A stretch of DNA of 63,884 nt from a virus (Duplodnaviria > Caudoviricetes). Location: positions 1 to 63,884 of the IMG/VR virus record IMGVR_UViG_3300027734_000065. One strand, 5' to 3'. Shown here piece by piece: positions 54,817 through 63,514 of the stretch. Position numbers and translations under genes: made by a program. Position 1 is the first letter of the stretch, and every line of letters begins with the position of its first letter. Under the pieces are notes generated by a model. The model was not told where the DNA came from. It made no database searches and worked only from the letters and a program-made list of their open reading frames with translations.

Positions 54817-55773
54817 ATGGCTGAAATTGAAAAAACTGAGTTTGAGTTTCCACATGAGGTGGAAGAAAAACAATCCAAAGCTGGTGGCAAGATCGTTGAG
54901 CCTGAGTCCGATGAACCGGAAATTGAGGTAATTGACGATACCCCAGAGGAAGATCGTGGCCGGGAGCCAATGAAAACCCCGCCCGAAGAACCTACAGACG
55001 AGGAATTGGCAACGTATTCCAAGCGGGATCGAACCAAAACCCGTGAATTCCACAAGGCTTACCACGATGAACGCAGGGCAAAAGAGGCCGCTTTGCGTGA
55101 AAAAGAGGAAGCCATACGGATTGCACAGCAGGTTTATGAGGAAAACCAGCGCCTGAAAGGCACGGTTGACACCAATCAAAACCTGTTACTTGACCAAGTA
55201 AAGCGCACAATTTCCCAAGAAATTGACCAAGCCAAGGCCAAGTACAAGAAAGCCTATGAGGATGGTGACTCAGATGCCCTGGTCGATGCCCAGGAAGCCC
55301 TGACAAACGCTAAAATCAAGGCAGATCGTGTAAACAATTTTAAGCCGAAGCCTTTACAGGCCCCGGAAAATGTTGTACAAACGAGTCCAAGTGCTCCACC
55401 GCCCGATGAAAAAGCCGAGAGTTGGCAGCGTGCCAACCCTTGGTTTGGGCCAGACACTGAAATGACGGGCTTTGCATTAGCAGTGCATAACAAGCTCATC
55501 AATGAGGAGGGTGTAGACCCGAAAAGTGACGAATACTACCAGCGTTTAAACGGTAGGTTGCGCCAAGTGTTCCCAGATAAGTTTGAGTCTGCGGAACCCG
55601 GTGATGCGAATCGCCGCCCAAAGTCAAATGTAGTTGCTTCGGCAAGTCGCAGTACTGCTCCTAAAAAGATCACACTGACGGCCTCTGAGGTCAACATCGC
55701 CAAACGGCTTGGAATTCCTTTGGAACTCTATGCTCGTAAGGTTCTGGAAATTAGGAGAAGTACAAATGGATGA
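54817..55773 (+). CDS. Putative capsid scaffolding protein
   Basis: Acidic N-terminus, coiled coil, W...NPWFG, IAKRLG.PLE.YA; upstream of the capsid genes. Confidence 0.7.
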   Translation: MAEIEKTEFEFPHEVEEKQSKAGGKIVEPESDEPEIEVIDDTPEEDRGREPMKTPPEEPTDEELATYSKRDRTKTREFHKAYHDERRAKEAALREKEEAIRIAQQVYEENQRLKGTVDTNQNLLLDQVKRTISQEIDQAKAKYKKAYEDGDSDALVDAQEALTNAKIKADRVNNFKPKPLQAPENVVQTSPSAPPPDEKAESWQRANPWFGPDTEMTGFALAVHNKLINEEGVDPKSDEYYQRLNGRLRQVFPDKFESAEPGDANRRPKSNVVASASRSTAPKKITLTASEVNIAKRLGIPLELYARKVLEIRRSTNG

Positions 55774-56218
55774 GCAGAAACGTGAAAAGCGTGCCCTTGA
55801 AAGTCGTGAAGCAGATATGCGTCCCAAGCGTTGGATGCCGCCTACTCTGTTGCCTGATCCCGAACCAGAAGATGGCTATGCCTTCCGCTGGATCCGTCTA
55901 AGCACCTTGAACAACCCTGATCCCACGAATATTTCTTCGAAACTCCGTGAGGGATGGGAACCTGTAAAGGCCATTTCCCAACCAAAACTCCGCTTGGTAA
56001 GCAATCCTAACGGACGCTTCCCAGACGGCATTGAAGTTGGTGGATTGTTGCTTTGCAAAACCCCAGTTGAGTTTACGGTTCAGCGTGACGAGTATTACCA
56101 GCAAGTGGCTGATACTCAGATGCAATCTGTGGACAACAACTACATGCGTGATAGCGATCCTCGGATGCCCATGTTCAAAGAACGTAGCTCCAAGGTCACT
56201 ATCGGTAAGAGTATTTAA
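55766..56218 (+). CDS. Conserved head-module protein
   Basis: W.PP..LP.P...GY.FRWIR...REGWEPV...GGLLLCK. Confidence 0.7.
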   Translation: MDEQKREKRALESREADMRPKRWMPPTLLPDPEPEDGYAFRWIRLSTLNNPDPTNISSKLREGWEPVKAISQPKLRLVSNPNGRFPDGIEVGGLLLCKTPVEFTVQRDEYYQQVADTQMQSVDNNYMRDSDPRMPMFKERSSKVTIGKSI

Positions 56219-56236
56219 ACTTTTTTGGAGTCCAAC

Positions 56237-56833
56237 ATGGCTTACCCCACTGTCTCGGCCCCGTATGGTCTAGAGCCTGTCAATAGAATTGACGGCATGC
56301 CTTACGCTGGTGCTATTCGACAGATTCCCGTTGCCGCTTCTTTTGGTACTGCTATCTTCTCTGGAGATACGGTTCAAATCGACAGCACCGGCTATCTGAT
56401 TCTCTCAACCACCACCAACTCTGGCACTATTGTCGGCGTAGTTGTTGGCGGTCAATATGTGAACTCTAGCGGCCAAACCGTTCAGAGCCAATATATTCCC
56501 GCTTCAATCAGCACGACTAGCAACTATGCTTATGCGTATGTTGTGGATGACCCCATGGCCCTTTTCAAAGTTGCCGTTGTGTCTTCTGGCACTACCATGA
56601 GTTCCGCAGGTCGTACCGTAGTTGGCACTAACTTGGCTTTGGTTCTCAACGCAGGCAGCACCACCACTGGTAACTCTGCTTACGCTGTGACCTTGACCGG
56701 TGCTGGCACTACCGCCACTATCCCAATCCGTGTGATCGATGTTGTGCCTGAGACTGCTACCGCAGCTGACACTTACACCGAACTGTTGGTGAAGATCAAC
56801 ACTCACCAATATAACAACACCACTGGTGTTTAA
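56237..56833 (+). CDS. Putative capsid decoration/minor capsid protein
   Basis: Beta-rich, APYGL.P, VVDDP..LF; directly before the MCP gene. Confidence 0.65.
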   Translation: MAYPTVSAPYGLEPVNRIDGMPYAGAIRQIPVAASFGTAIFSGDTVQIDSTGYLILSTTTNSGTIVGVVVGGQYVNSSGQTVQSQYIPASISTTSNYAYAYVVDDPMALFKVAVVSSGTTMSSAGRTVVGTNLALVLNAGSTTTGNSAYAVTLTGAGTTATIPIRVIDVVPETATAADTYTELLVKINTHQYNNTTGV

Positions 56834-56843
56834 GGAGTAAGAA

Positions 56844-57755
56844 ATGGCTATTTCCCGTGCCCAGCTACTCAAAGAGTTGCTCCCTGGTCTGAATGCATTG
56901 TTTGGTCTTGAGTACGCCCGTTATGGTGAGGAACATAAAGAAATTTATGAAACCGAAACCTCTGAGCGTTCCTTCGAGGAAGAAACCAAACTTTCTGGCT
57001 TCTCTGCCGCACCGGTCAAGAACGAAGGTTCTGCGATCCAGTACGACAACGCACAGGAAGCATGGACTGCTCGTTACAACCACGAAACCATCGCTATGGG
57101 CTTCTCCATCACGGAAGAGGCAGTGGAAGACAATCTGTATGACAGCTTGTCCAGCCGCTATACCAAATCGTTGGCCCGTGCAATGGCATACACCAAGCAG
57201 GTCAAAGCCGCCTATGTGTTGAACAATGCGTTCAGCACCACGGTGACTTACGGTGACGGCGTGAGCTTGTGCTCTACCGCCCATCCGTTGATCTCTGGTG
57301 GAACCAACAGCAATCGCCCCACCACCGCCGCTGACTTGAATGAGACTTCGTTGGAAAACGCAGTTATTCAAATCGCCGGTTGGACGGATGAGCGTGGCCT
57401 GTTGATCGCCGCCAAGCCCAAGAAATTGGTTGTTCCCCCGAACTTGATGTTCGTTGCAACCCGCCTCCTGGAGACGGAATTGCGTGTCGGTACTACCGAT
57501 AACGACATCAACGCTCTGAAGAACAATGGTTCGATCCCAGAAGGTTACTGCGTTAACCATTATCTGACCGACACCAACGCTTGGTTCTTGTTGTCTGATG
57601 TGCCTAACGGCCTGAAGCATTTTGTCCGTTCTCCGCTGTCCAACTCCATGGACGGTGACTTTGATACCGGCAACGTGCGTTACAAGGCCCGTGAGCGTTA
57701 CAGCTTCGGCGTATCTGACCCCTTGGGAATTTTCGGTTCACCCGGATCTTCTTGA
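56844..57755 (+). CDS. Major capsid protein (Mu gpT-like family)
   Basis: MAISRAQLLKELLPGLNALFG...DFDTGNVRYKARERYSFG; strong AAGGAG RBS; terminator follows. Confidence 0.92.
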   Translation: MAISRAQLLKELLPGLNALFGLEYARYGEEHKEIYETETSERSFEEETKLSGFSAAPVKNEGSAIQYDNAQEAWTARYNHETIAMGFSITEEAVEDNLYDSLSSRYTKSLARAMAYTKQVKAAYVLNNAFSTTVTYGDGVSLCSTAHPLISGGTNSNRPTTAADLNETSLENAVIQIAGWTDERGLLIAAKPKKLVVPPNLMFVATRLLETELRVGTTDNDINALKNNGSIPEGYCVNHYLTDTNAWFLLSDVPNGLKHFVRSPLSNSMDGDFDTGNVRYKARERYSFGVSDPLGIFGSPGSS

Positions 57756-57764
57756 TAGGTAAGT

Positions 57765-57793
57765 AAAAAAGGGGGCCACAAGCCCCCTTTTTT
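57765..57793 (+). terminator. Rho-independent terminator (possibly bidirectional)
   Basis: AAAAAA-GGGGGC-CACAA-GCCCCC-TTTTTT. Confidence 0.85.
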
Positions 57794-57825
57794 CTTGTGT
57801 CCGTTTAAACTACATGGTATAAATG

Positions 57826-57905
57826 AGGCATTCCGGGAAACCCGGTGTATCAAACTGTCCCGGCAGACTGTCATGCAAGATTGATACACCTTAACGCATG
57901 GAGAT
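57826..57905 (+). ncRNA. Structured RNA downstream of the capsid gene (possibly the Mu-gpT-DE motif)
   Basis: GGTGTATCAA/TTGATACACC stem; CATGC/GCATG pseudoknot potential; located downstream of a gpT-like gene. Confidence 0.5.
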
Positions 57906-57911
57906 ATTCTT

Positions 57912-58445
57912 ATGGGATTCGCAACTCACCTTGGCCCTTGGTTGTTGGGCACTGTTAAAAACACCACCGGCACGACTGCTGGAACCATTCAAAACACGGG
58001 AACTACCCTTGTTTCCCAAACTAAAAAAGTAGTTTATGACGGCGCTATTTATACCGCTGACACTACCACTACCCTGTTTACCATCCCCGCAGGCTCGCAG
58101 ATTGTCAGTATCTTTATTGACACGCTGGTGGCCTTCACTGGCTCAACCGCTGCAAACATGTCGCTGGGTATTACAGGCTCAACCGCTTTGTATTGGGCCT
58201 CTACGGACATCACCACGCAAGGTCGTTTGGCTAATACTGGTGCTGCTGCCAAGCTGGGCAACTGGGCTGGCGCAACATCTACTGCTTCCCCCAACGGTAT
58301 TGGTGTTGGCGCTACTGATGTGTCAATCATTGCCACTGTTCGACCAACTGTCGCCAACGTGACTGTCGGCACGGTGCAGTACACCATTGTCTACGCAGTG
58401 GCAGACTCTACGGGTGTGCAATCACCTCCTGCTTCACAGCAATAA
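57912..58445 (+). CDS. Virion structural protein
   Basis: ATHLGP N-terminus, IPAGSQI, Thr-rich. Confidence 0.7.
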   Translation: MGFATHLGPWLLGTVKNTTGTTAGTIQNTGTTLVSQTKKVVYDGAIYTADTTTTLFTIPAGSQIVSIFIDTLVAFTGSTAANMSLGITGSTALYWASTDITTQGRLANTGAAAKLGNWAGATSTASPNGIGVGATDVSIIATVRPTVANVTVGTVQYTIVYAVADSTGVQSPPASQQ

Positions 58446-58453
58446 TTGATCTT

Positions 58454-58476
58454 GGGGGCTTCGGCCCCCGCTTTTT
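58454..58476 (+). terminator. Rho-independent terminator
   Basis: GGGGGC-TTCG-GCCCCC-GCTTTTT. Confidence 0.75.
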
Positions 58477-58482
58477 AAAGGA

Positions 58483-58995
58483 TTGATTATGAATCAAACC
58501 AACGTAAAGCAAGCGCACCTAAACGGTAGCGGCTTTCTGGTTCTTGGGCGCAATCGAGTCAAAGCGATTTCTTTTACCGGCACAGCAACCGCCGGTTTTG
58601 TGGCGTTGTTTGATACGACAACTGCACCTGTGACTACGGCAACTTATGGCCGCTCTGGCACAACCGTTACGGTTTCAGCAACAGCGCACGGGCTTGTGAC
58701 AGGTGATGTGATCGGCATTGACTTTGCCGCTGGAACGGGCGGCACTGCAACCAATGGAAACTACTCAATCACCCGAGTAGACGCAAACTCTTTCACGCTC
58801 ACTGACATCAATACGGGCTCTATCACCGCTGGTGCATCAATGGTGTATTCAAATCGCTGGTTGATGACCTACGATGTGAGTGCTAGTGACACGTTCAACA
58901 ACGCACCAATCATCCCCCAAGATGGCGTGTTGGCAGTCAATGGTGTATACGCATACATGCTCAACGTAACCTCATGTAACATTTACTATGGCTGA
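58483..58995 (+). CDS. Virion structural protein with inserted beta domain
   Basis: Thr/Gly-rich; AHGL.TGD motif; C-terminal IYYG. Confidence 0.7.
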   Translation: MIMNQTNVKQAHLNGSGFLVLGRNRVKAISFTGTATAGFVALFDTTTAPVTTATYGRSGTTVTVSATAHGLVTGDVIGIDFAAGTGGTATNGNYSITRVDANSFTLTDINTGSITAGASMVYSNRWLMTYDVSASDTFNNAPIIPQDGVLAVNGVYAYMLNVTSCNIYYG

Positions 58996-59731
58996 TAAAA
59001 GCTTCAACTTGGTGGGGCGCAAGCTTATGATTGCGATTCCCTGCTATGATGGCAAGGTCAACATCAAGACCTGTTTTGCCATAGCGCAACTCGTCCCCAA
59101 GTTGGACAAGATGGGCGTCCAGATTCATTTGGTTCACCTGTCTGGATGCTCAATCATCACAAAGGCCCGAAACAAGCTGGTGTCCAACTTCATGGACTCA
59201 GACTGTACTGACCTGCTGTTTGTGGACGCTGATGTGGTCATCAATGTCGAGGCCGTCACCCGCCTCATGGCTCTGTCCACAGACCGGGACATTGTGGCTG
59301 GGACGTACCCCCGCAGGGCGGCAGATGCCAAATTCTTCCTAGATTTCTATCTGGATGAAGACAACCAATTGGAATTTGACGAAAACGGCCTGATGCGTGT
59401 GGAGAGCGTGGCAACGGGCTTTATGCTCATTCGCCGTCATGTAATGGAATCCATGATCGCAGCCCATCCTGAGTGGAAATACAAGGGTGATGGGGACGGC
59501 GCAGATGAATACGCTGTGTTTGACTTTGCCATCGTGGACGGAAACTACATTGGCGAGGATTATCTGTTCTGCCGCAGGGCAAGGGAACATGGGTACAAGA
59601 TCTATCTCGACCCCATGATCAGCTTACCGCACATTGGCACACAAGAATTCACTCGCAACTTTGAGCAAGACGCTCTACAGCCACTGCTCAAGGAGCATTC
59701 ACGGTTGCACTTGAAAGTGGCAAATGGGTAG
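58988..59731 (+). CDS. GT-A fold glycosyltransferase-like protein
   Basis: IAIPCY...ARN....F......LFVDAD...TGFMLIRR...GEDYLFC. Confidence 0.8.
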   Translation: MADKSFNLVGRKLMIAIPCYDGKVNIKTCFAIAQLVPKLDKMGVQIHLVHLSGCSIITKARNKLVSNFMDSDCTDLLFVDADVVINVEAVTRLMALSTDRDIVAGTYPRRAADAKFFLDFYLDEDNQLEFDENGLMRVESVATGFMLIRRHVMESMIAAHPEWKYKGDGDGADEYAVFDFAIVDGNYIGEDYLFCRRAREHGYKIYLDPMISLPHIGTQEFTRNFEQDALQPLLKEHSRLHLKVANG

Positions 59732-59966
59732 CCCAGCATGGACACGCAAAGAAGGCAAGAATCCCAAGGGTGGTTTAAACGCCAAGGGACGGGCCTCTGC
59801 CAAAAAGCAGGGTATGAACCTGAAGCCTCCTCAACCAGAGGGAGGAAGCAGGCGAGACTCTTTCTGTGCAAGGATGACTGGAATGAAGAAGAAACTCACA
59901 TCCGAGAAGACGGCGAAAGACCCAAACTCACGGATTAACAAGGCTCTTCGGGCTTGGGCATGCTGA
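59724..59966 (+). CDS. Small basic conserved phage protein
   Basis: GKNPKGGLN.KGR...RR.SFCARM...SRINKALRAW.C. Confidence 0.75.
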   Translation: MGSPAWTRKEGKNPKGGLNAKGRASAKKQGMNLKPPQPEGGSRRDSFCARMTGMKKKLTSEKTAKDPNSRINKALRAWAC

Positions 59967-59967
59967 G

Positions 59968-60207
59968 ATGGACATTCATTCAATTTGGTCAACAGTTTTA
60001 ACCCTGTTCATGGGGCTTTTGGGCCTTGTGATGCGGGAGAAGTTTGAAGAACTTTCCCGTCTGAGCATTCTGTTAAACAAGACAAGGGAGGAAGTTGCCC
60101 GTGATTACGTTACTCAAGCAGAAGTGCAAAGAATTACTGACCACATTGACCAGCGGTTTAACCGCCTTGAAGCAAAGATTGACGAACTTATTCGTCAAAA
60201 AGGGTGA
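59968..60207 (+). CDS. Small membrane-anchored coiled-coil protein
   Basis: N-terminal TM segment; LLNKTREEVARDYVT...LEAKID. Confidence 0.7.
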   Translation: MDIHSIWSTVLTLFMGLLGLVMREKFEELSRLSILLNKTREEVARDYVTQAEVQRITDHIDQRFNRLEAKIDELIRQKG

Positions 60208-60210
60208 GTG

Positions 60211-60876
60211 ATGCCGTTACCCCTTATACCTCTTGCTCTGACCGCTGCCAAAGGGTATGCGGCAAGTAAGGCTGCCGAAAAAATTCCGGGCGCAGATGCC
60301 ATTATGAATCCTGGTCGGTGGATGAGGAATCAAGTCATTGACCAGCTACCAGAGTATTCCAGAGAGAATGCACGCAAAGTAATGGACGTTGTTACTGACC
60401 CCGTGGGTTCAGCAATCAAAGCCGGTGGTAGAGCTATCAATAAACAAATTGACCCAGATTTAAACGCAGCTATGGATAGGCAGACGGCCATGAACTCAGA
60501 TGCACAACGTGGTGTCCAAGAAGCTTATGAGAATAAAGCCGCCAACGCTTTGCCCGGAGGCATCAGTGACTTGATTCGCCCCAAGGCACAGGCCCCGGTG
60601 GACTATGGCTCAATGTCCGGTGATCAAGGGTATTTTGACGAAACCCAAAAGATGCCTGGGTTTGAGTACAACGAAAGCCCAATGTCAGATATGCCAGAGA
60701 ACGCAGATATGGCAAATTACGACATGGACAGCATTGGCTCAACAGATTTCAAAAAAGGTGGACGGGTAAAGGCCCGGAAGCCTGCAAAACGCACGACAAT
60801 GTCAACTCAATCATCTGCGTCTAAACGGGGTGATGGGATTGCCCAAAGGGGCAAGACACGGGGAAGGTATATTTAA
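60211..60876 (+). CDS. Late protein with C-terminal DGIAQRGKT tag
   Basis: FKKGG...ASKRGDGIAQRGKTRG. Confidence 0.7.
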   Translation: MPLPLIPLALTAAKGYAASKAAEKIPGADAIMNPGRWMRNQVIDQLPEYSRENARKVMDVVTDPVGSAIKAGGRAINKQIDPDLNAAMDRQTAMNSDAQRGVQEAYENKAANALPGGISDLIRPKAQAPVDYGSMSGDQGYFDETQKMPGFEYNESPMSDMPENADMANYDMDSIGSTDFKKGGRVKARKPAKRTTMSTQSSASKRGDGIAQRGKTRGRYI

Positions 60877-61415
60877 TGCCATCCTCGTCAAAGAAACAAC
60901 ACAAGTTCATGGAAGCCGTGGCTCATAGCCCAGCTTTTGCGAAGAAGGCCGGTGTCCCGCAATCCGTGGGGCAAGATTTCAGTAATGCCGACAAAGGCAA
61001 AAAATTCAATAGAGGTGGTGCTATGCCAATGGATCCAAGAATGCTTGCAATGATGGCCGAGAAACTCAAAGGCCGTTCCATGGGTGCTCGTCCGGGCGCT
61101 CGTCCCCCAATGGGCGCTCGTCCCCCTATGGCCGCTCCTGCCGCTCCTGCTGGCATTCCCGGCATGAAAAAAGGTGGGATGTTTAAAGGTAAGGAATCCA
61201 TGAAGGAAGAACTTGCCGAAGCCAAAGCCATTAAGTCTGGCAAGATCACTCCCATGCAGTATGCCAAGGGCGAGAAGTCTGAGCCTGCAATGAAACGTGG
61301 CGGCTCCACCAAGAAGATGGCAAATGGTGGCTCTGCATCCTCAAGGGCTGATGGTATTGCTCAACGTGGCAAGACCAAAGGCAAGTTGTTGAAAAAGGGC
61401 GGCATGGCCTGCTAA
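60876..61415 (+). CDS. Basic low-complexity late protein with repeated xxGG motifs and DGIAQRGKT tag
   Basis: FNRGG, MKKGG, MKRGG, MANGG, LKKGG. Confidence 0.75.
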   Translation: MPSSSKKQHKFMEAVAHSPAFAKKAGVPQSVGQDFSNADKGKKFNRGGAMPMDPRMLAMMAEKLKGRSMGARPGARPPMGARPPMAAPAAPAGIPGMKKGGMFKGKESMKEELAEAKAIKSGKITPMQYAKGEKSEPAMKRGGSTKKMANGGSASSRADGIAQRGKTKGKLLKKGGMAC

Positions 61416-61425
61416 GGAGTTTAAG

Positions 61426-61827
61426 ATGAACAAAATGAAGCGTTACGCTGGTGAAGACGAAAGCTTGGTAGGCGGTGCTGAAGATGAGCGTCCCGCACCT
61501 ACCGGCATGGCTGAAGCAACCGCTCCCACTGGTGACATGGGTATGGATGTTGAAGACGAAACCGGCGCTAAATCAAAGTTTAAACGCAACCCTGAGACGG
61601 GTGAGTTGTACAGCGAAGAGATGACCAAGACCAAGAAGAAGAAGAAAACCACTCCTTCTTTCTCTGAAAAAGCCCGTAAGGCAGGATTTACCAGCGCAGA
61701 AACCAAGGGTGGTGCGGCTCTGATGTATCGCAACCCTATGGGTAAGAAGATGGCCTCTGGCGGTACTGCATCTAGCCGTGCCGATGGCATTGCTCAACGG
61801 GGTAAGACCCGTGGGAAGATGTGCTGA
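61426..61827 (+). CDS. Late protein with DGIAQRGKT tag
   Basis: MASGGTASSRADGIAQRGKTRG; AAGGAG RBS. Confidence 0.75.
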   Translation: MNKMKRYAGEDESLVGGAEDERPAPTGMAEATAPTGDMGMDVEDETGAKSKFKRNPETGELYSEEMTKTKKKKKTTPSFSEKARKAGFTSAETKGGAALMYRNPMGKKMASGGTASSRADGIAQRGKTRGKMC

Positions 61828-62075
61828 TGTTGCCCAGCCGTGGAATGGGGGACATCAATCCCACCAAAATGCCTGGGCCGAAGCGCAAGAAGCGCCGGGA
61901 CGATACTGACTTCACGCAATATGCCGAAGGTGGGGAGGTGTGGGACAAGCCCAGCCCCGCCAAAAAGCCCAAGAAGTTGAGTCTGGCGCAGAAAGCTTTT
62001 GCAAAGGCCACGGCCAAGAAGGCTGGTAGGCCGTACCCGAACTTGGTTGACAACATGAGGGCGATGAAGAAATGA
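61821..62075 (+). CDS. Small basic late protein
   Basis: SRGMGDINP...YAEGG...AGRPYPNLVDNMRA. Confidence 0.7.
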   Translation: MLMLPSRGMGDINPTKMPGPKRKKRRDDTDFTQYAEGGEVWDKPSPAKKPKKLSLAQKAFAKATAKKAGRPYPNLVDNMRAMKK

Positions 62076-62188
62076 ACAGTTTGCATATGGAAGATTGCGC
62101 CATTAAAGATGATGGCCCATGCACTTGTGGCACGGAAGAAATTCTTGAAGAAATAGCTTTGGAAGAAGCTGGTTTGGATAACGAATGA
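62072..62188 (+). CDS. 38-aa protein with H-x3-C-x6-CxC motif
   Basis: ATGA overlaps at both ends (MNSLHMEDCAIKDDGPCTCG...). Confidence 0.55.
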   Translation: MNSLHMEDCAIKDDGPCTCGTEEILEEIALEEAGLDNE

Positions 62189-63117
62189 CAACCACAGGGA
62201 CATCAATATTTGACATGGACTTCACGGAGATAGCCGAGGAGTCGTGGGAGCGTGCGGGTCGGGAAATGAGGTCTGGTTATGACCTCAGAACGGCACGCCG
62301 CTCCATGAATTTGATGACCATCGAATGGCAGAACCGTGGTTTAAACATGTGGACGATTGAGCAAGGCTCCTTCGAGCTTACTGCCGGTTTAAACACATAC
62401 CCTCTACCGGACGATACGATTGATCTTCTGGAACACGTTATCCGGACGGGACAGAACTCAACGACCAATCAAGCAGACCTGACAATCACCCGTATAAGTG
62501 TTAGTACCTATGCCACGATCCCCAATAAGCTGACTCAGGCCAGACCCATTCAGGTTCTAATTCAGCGCAATTCAGGTCAAACTGGGGCAACTGCACTGAC
62601 CTTGGACGGCTCAATTACCAGCACAGCCACCACCATAACCCTAGACTCTGTCGTGGGCTTGGCGGCGGCAGGGTACATCAAGCTGGAAAATGAAATAATT
62701 TATTACAACTACATCGATGGAAATGTTCTAAGTAACTGTTTCCGGGCGCAAGCCAACACCGTTGCGGCTTCGCATGCTGACAATGTTTCAGTCTTTGTCC
62801 CTCAGTTACCTGCCGTGACTGTCTGGCCTACCCCCGATAACACGACTACCTACACATTTGTGTACTGGCGCATGCGTAGGGTGCAGGATGCCGGGGCCGG
62901 TGTAGAGACTGCTGACATGAATTTCCGCTTCCTACCATGTGTGGTGGCGGGGCTGGCCTACTACATCGCCATGAAAGTCCCTGAGTTGCAGGGACGGATG
63001 GACATGCTGAAGGCAACCTACGATGAGCAATTCAATCTGGCGGCTGGGGAAGACCATGAAAAGGCCGCTTTGCGGCTGGTTCCCCGTCAGTCATTCATTG
63101 GATCTGGTGGCACATAA
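62185..63117 (+). CDS. Putative head-tail adaptor protein
   Basis: GYDLRTARRSMNL...WQNRGLN.W; VWPTPD; RFLPC..AGLAYY. Confidence 0.7.
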   Translation: MTTTGTSIFDMDFTEIAEESWERAGREMRSGYDLRTARRSMNLMTIEWQNRGLNMWTIEQGSFELTAGLNTYPLPDDTIDLLEHVIRTGQNSTTNQADLTITRISVSTYATIPNKLTQARPIQVLIQRNSGQTGATALTLDGSITSTATTITLDSVVGLAAAGYIKLENEIIYYNYIDGNVLSNCFRAQANTVAASHADNVSVFVPQLPAVTVWPTPDNTTTYTFVYWRMRRVQDAGAGVETADMNFRFLPCVVAGLAYYIAMKVPELQGRMDMLKATYDEQFNLAAGEDHEKAALRLVPRQSFIGSGGT

Positions 63118-63506
63118 TGGGCAACAGGTTTGCGTCAGGTAAATACTCAATTGCCGAGTGTGACCGGTGTGGTCAGCGGTACAAGCTGAAACAGCTTAAA
63201 TTTGAGGTTGTCAAGACCAAGCTGTATCAACTGAAGGTTTGTGATGAATGCTGGGATCCGGATCAGCCGCAGCTTCAACTGGGTATGTATCCGGTGGATG
63301 ACCCGCAGGCTGTAATGCAGCCCCGCCCGGACACAACGTATGTAACATCAGGTGTAAACGTGGGTGGGTATCCATCTGGTGGTTCCCGAGACATTCAGTG
63401 GGGCTGGAGGCCTGTAGGTGGCTCCAGCTTCTTTGACGTAGAACTCACGCCAAATTACTTGGTGGCAACGACAAGTGTTGGTACAGTATCAATCAGCGCA
63501 ACTTAG
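63117..63506 (+). CDS. Second allele of the 413-802 zinc-motif protein
   Basis: Differs from the first copy by 4 amino-acid substitutions. Confidence 0.85.
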   Translation: MGNRFASGKYSIAECDRCGQRYKLKQLKFEVVKTKLYQLKVCDECWDPDQPQLQLGMYPVDDPQAVMQPRPDTTYVTSGVNVGGYPSGGSRDIQWGWRPVGGSSFFDVELTPNYLVATTSVGTVSISAT

Positions 63507-63514
63507 GAGCAGAT

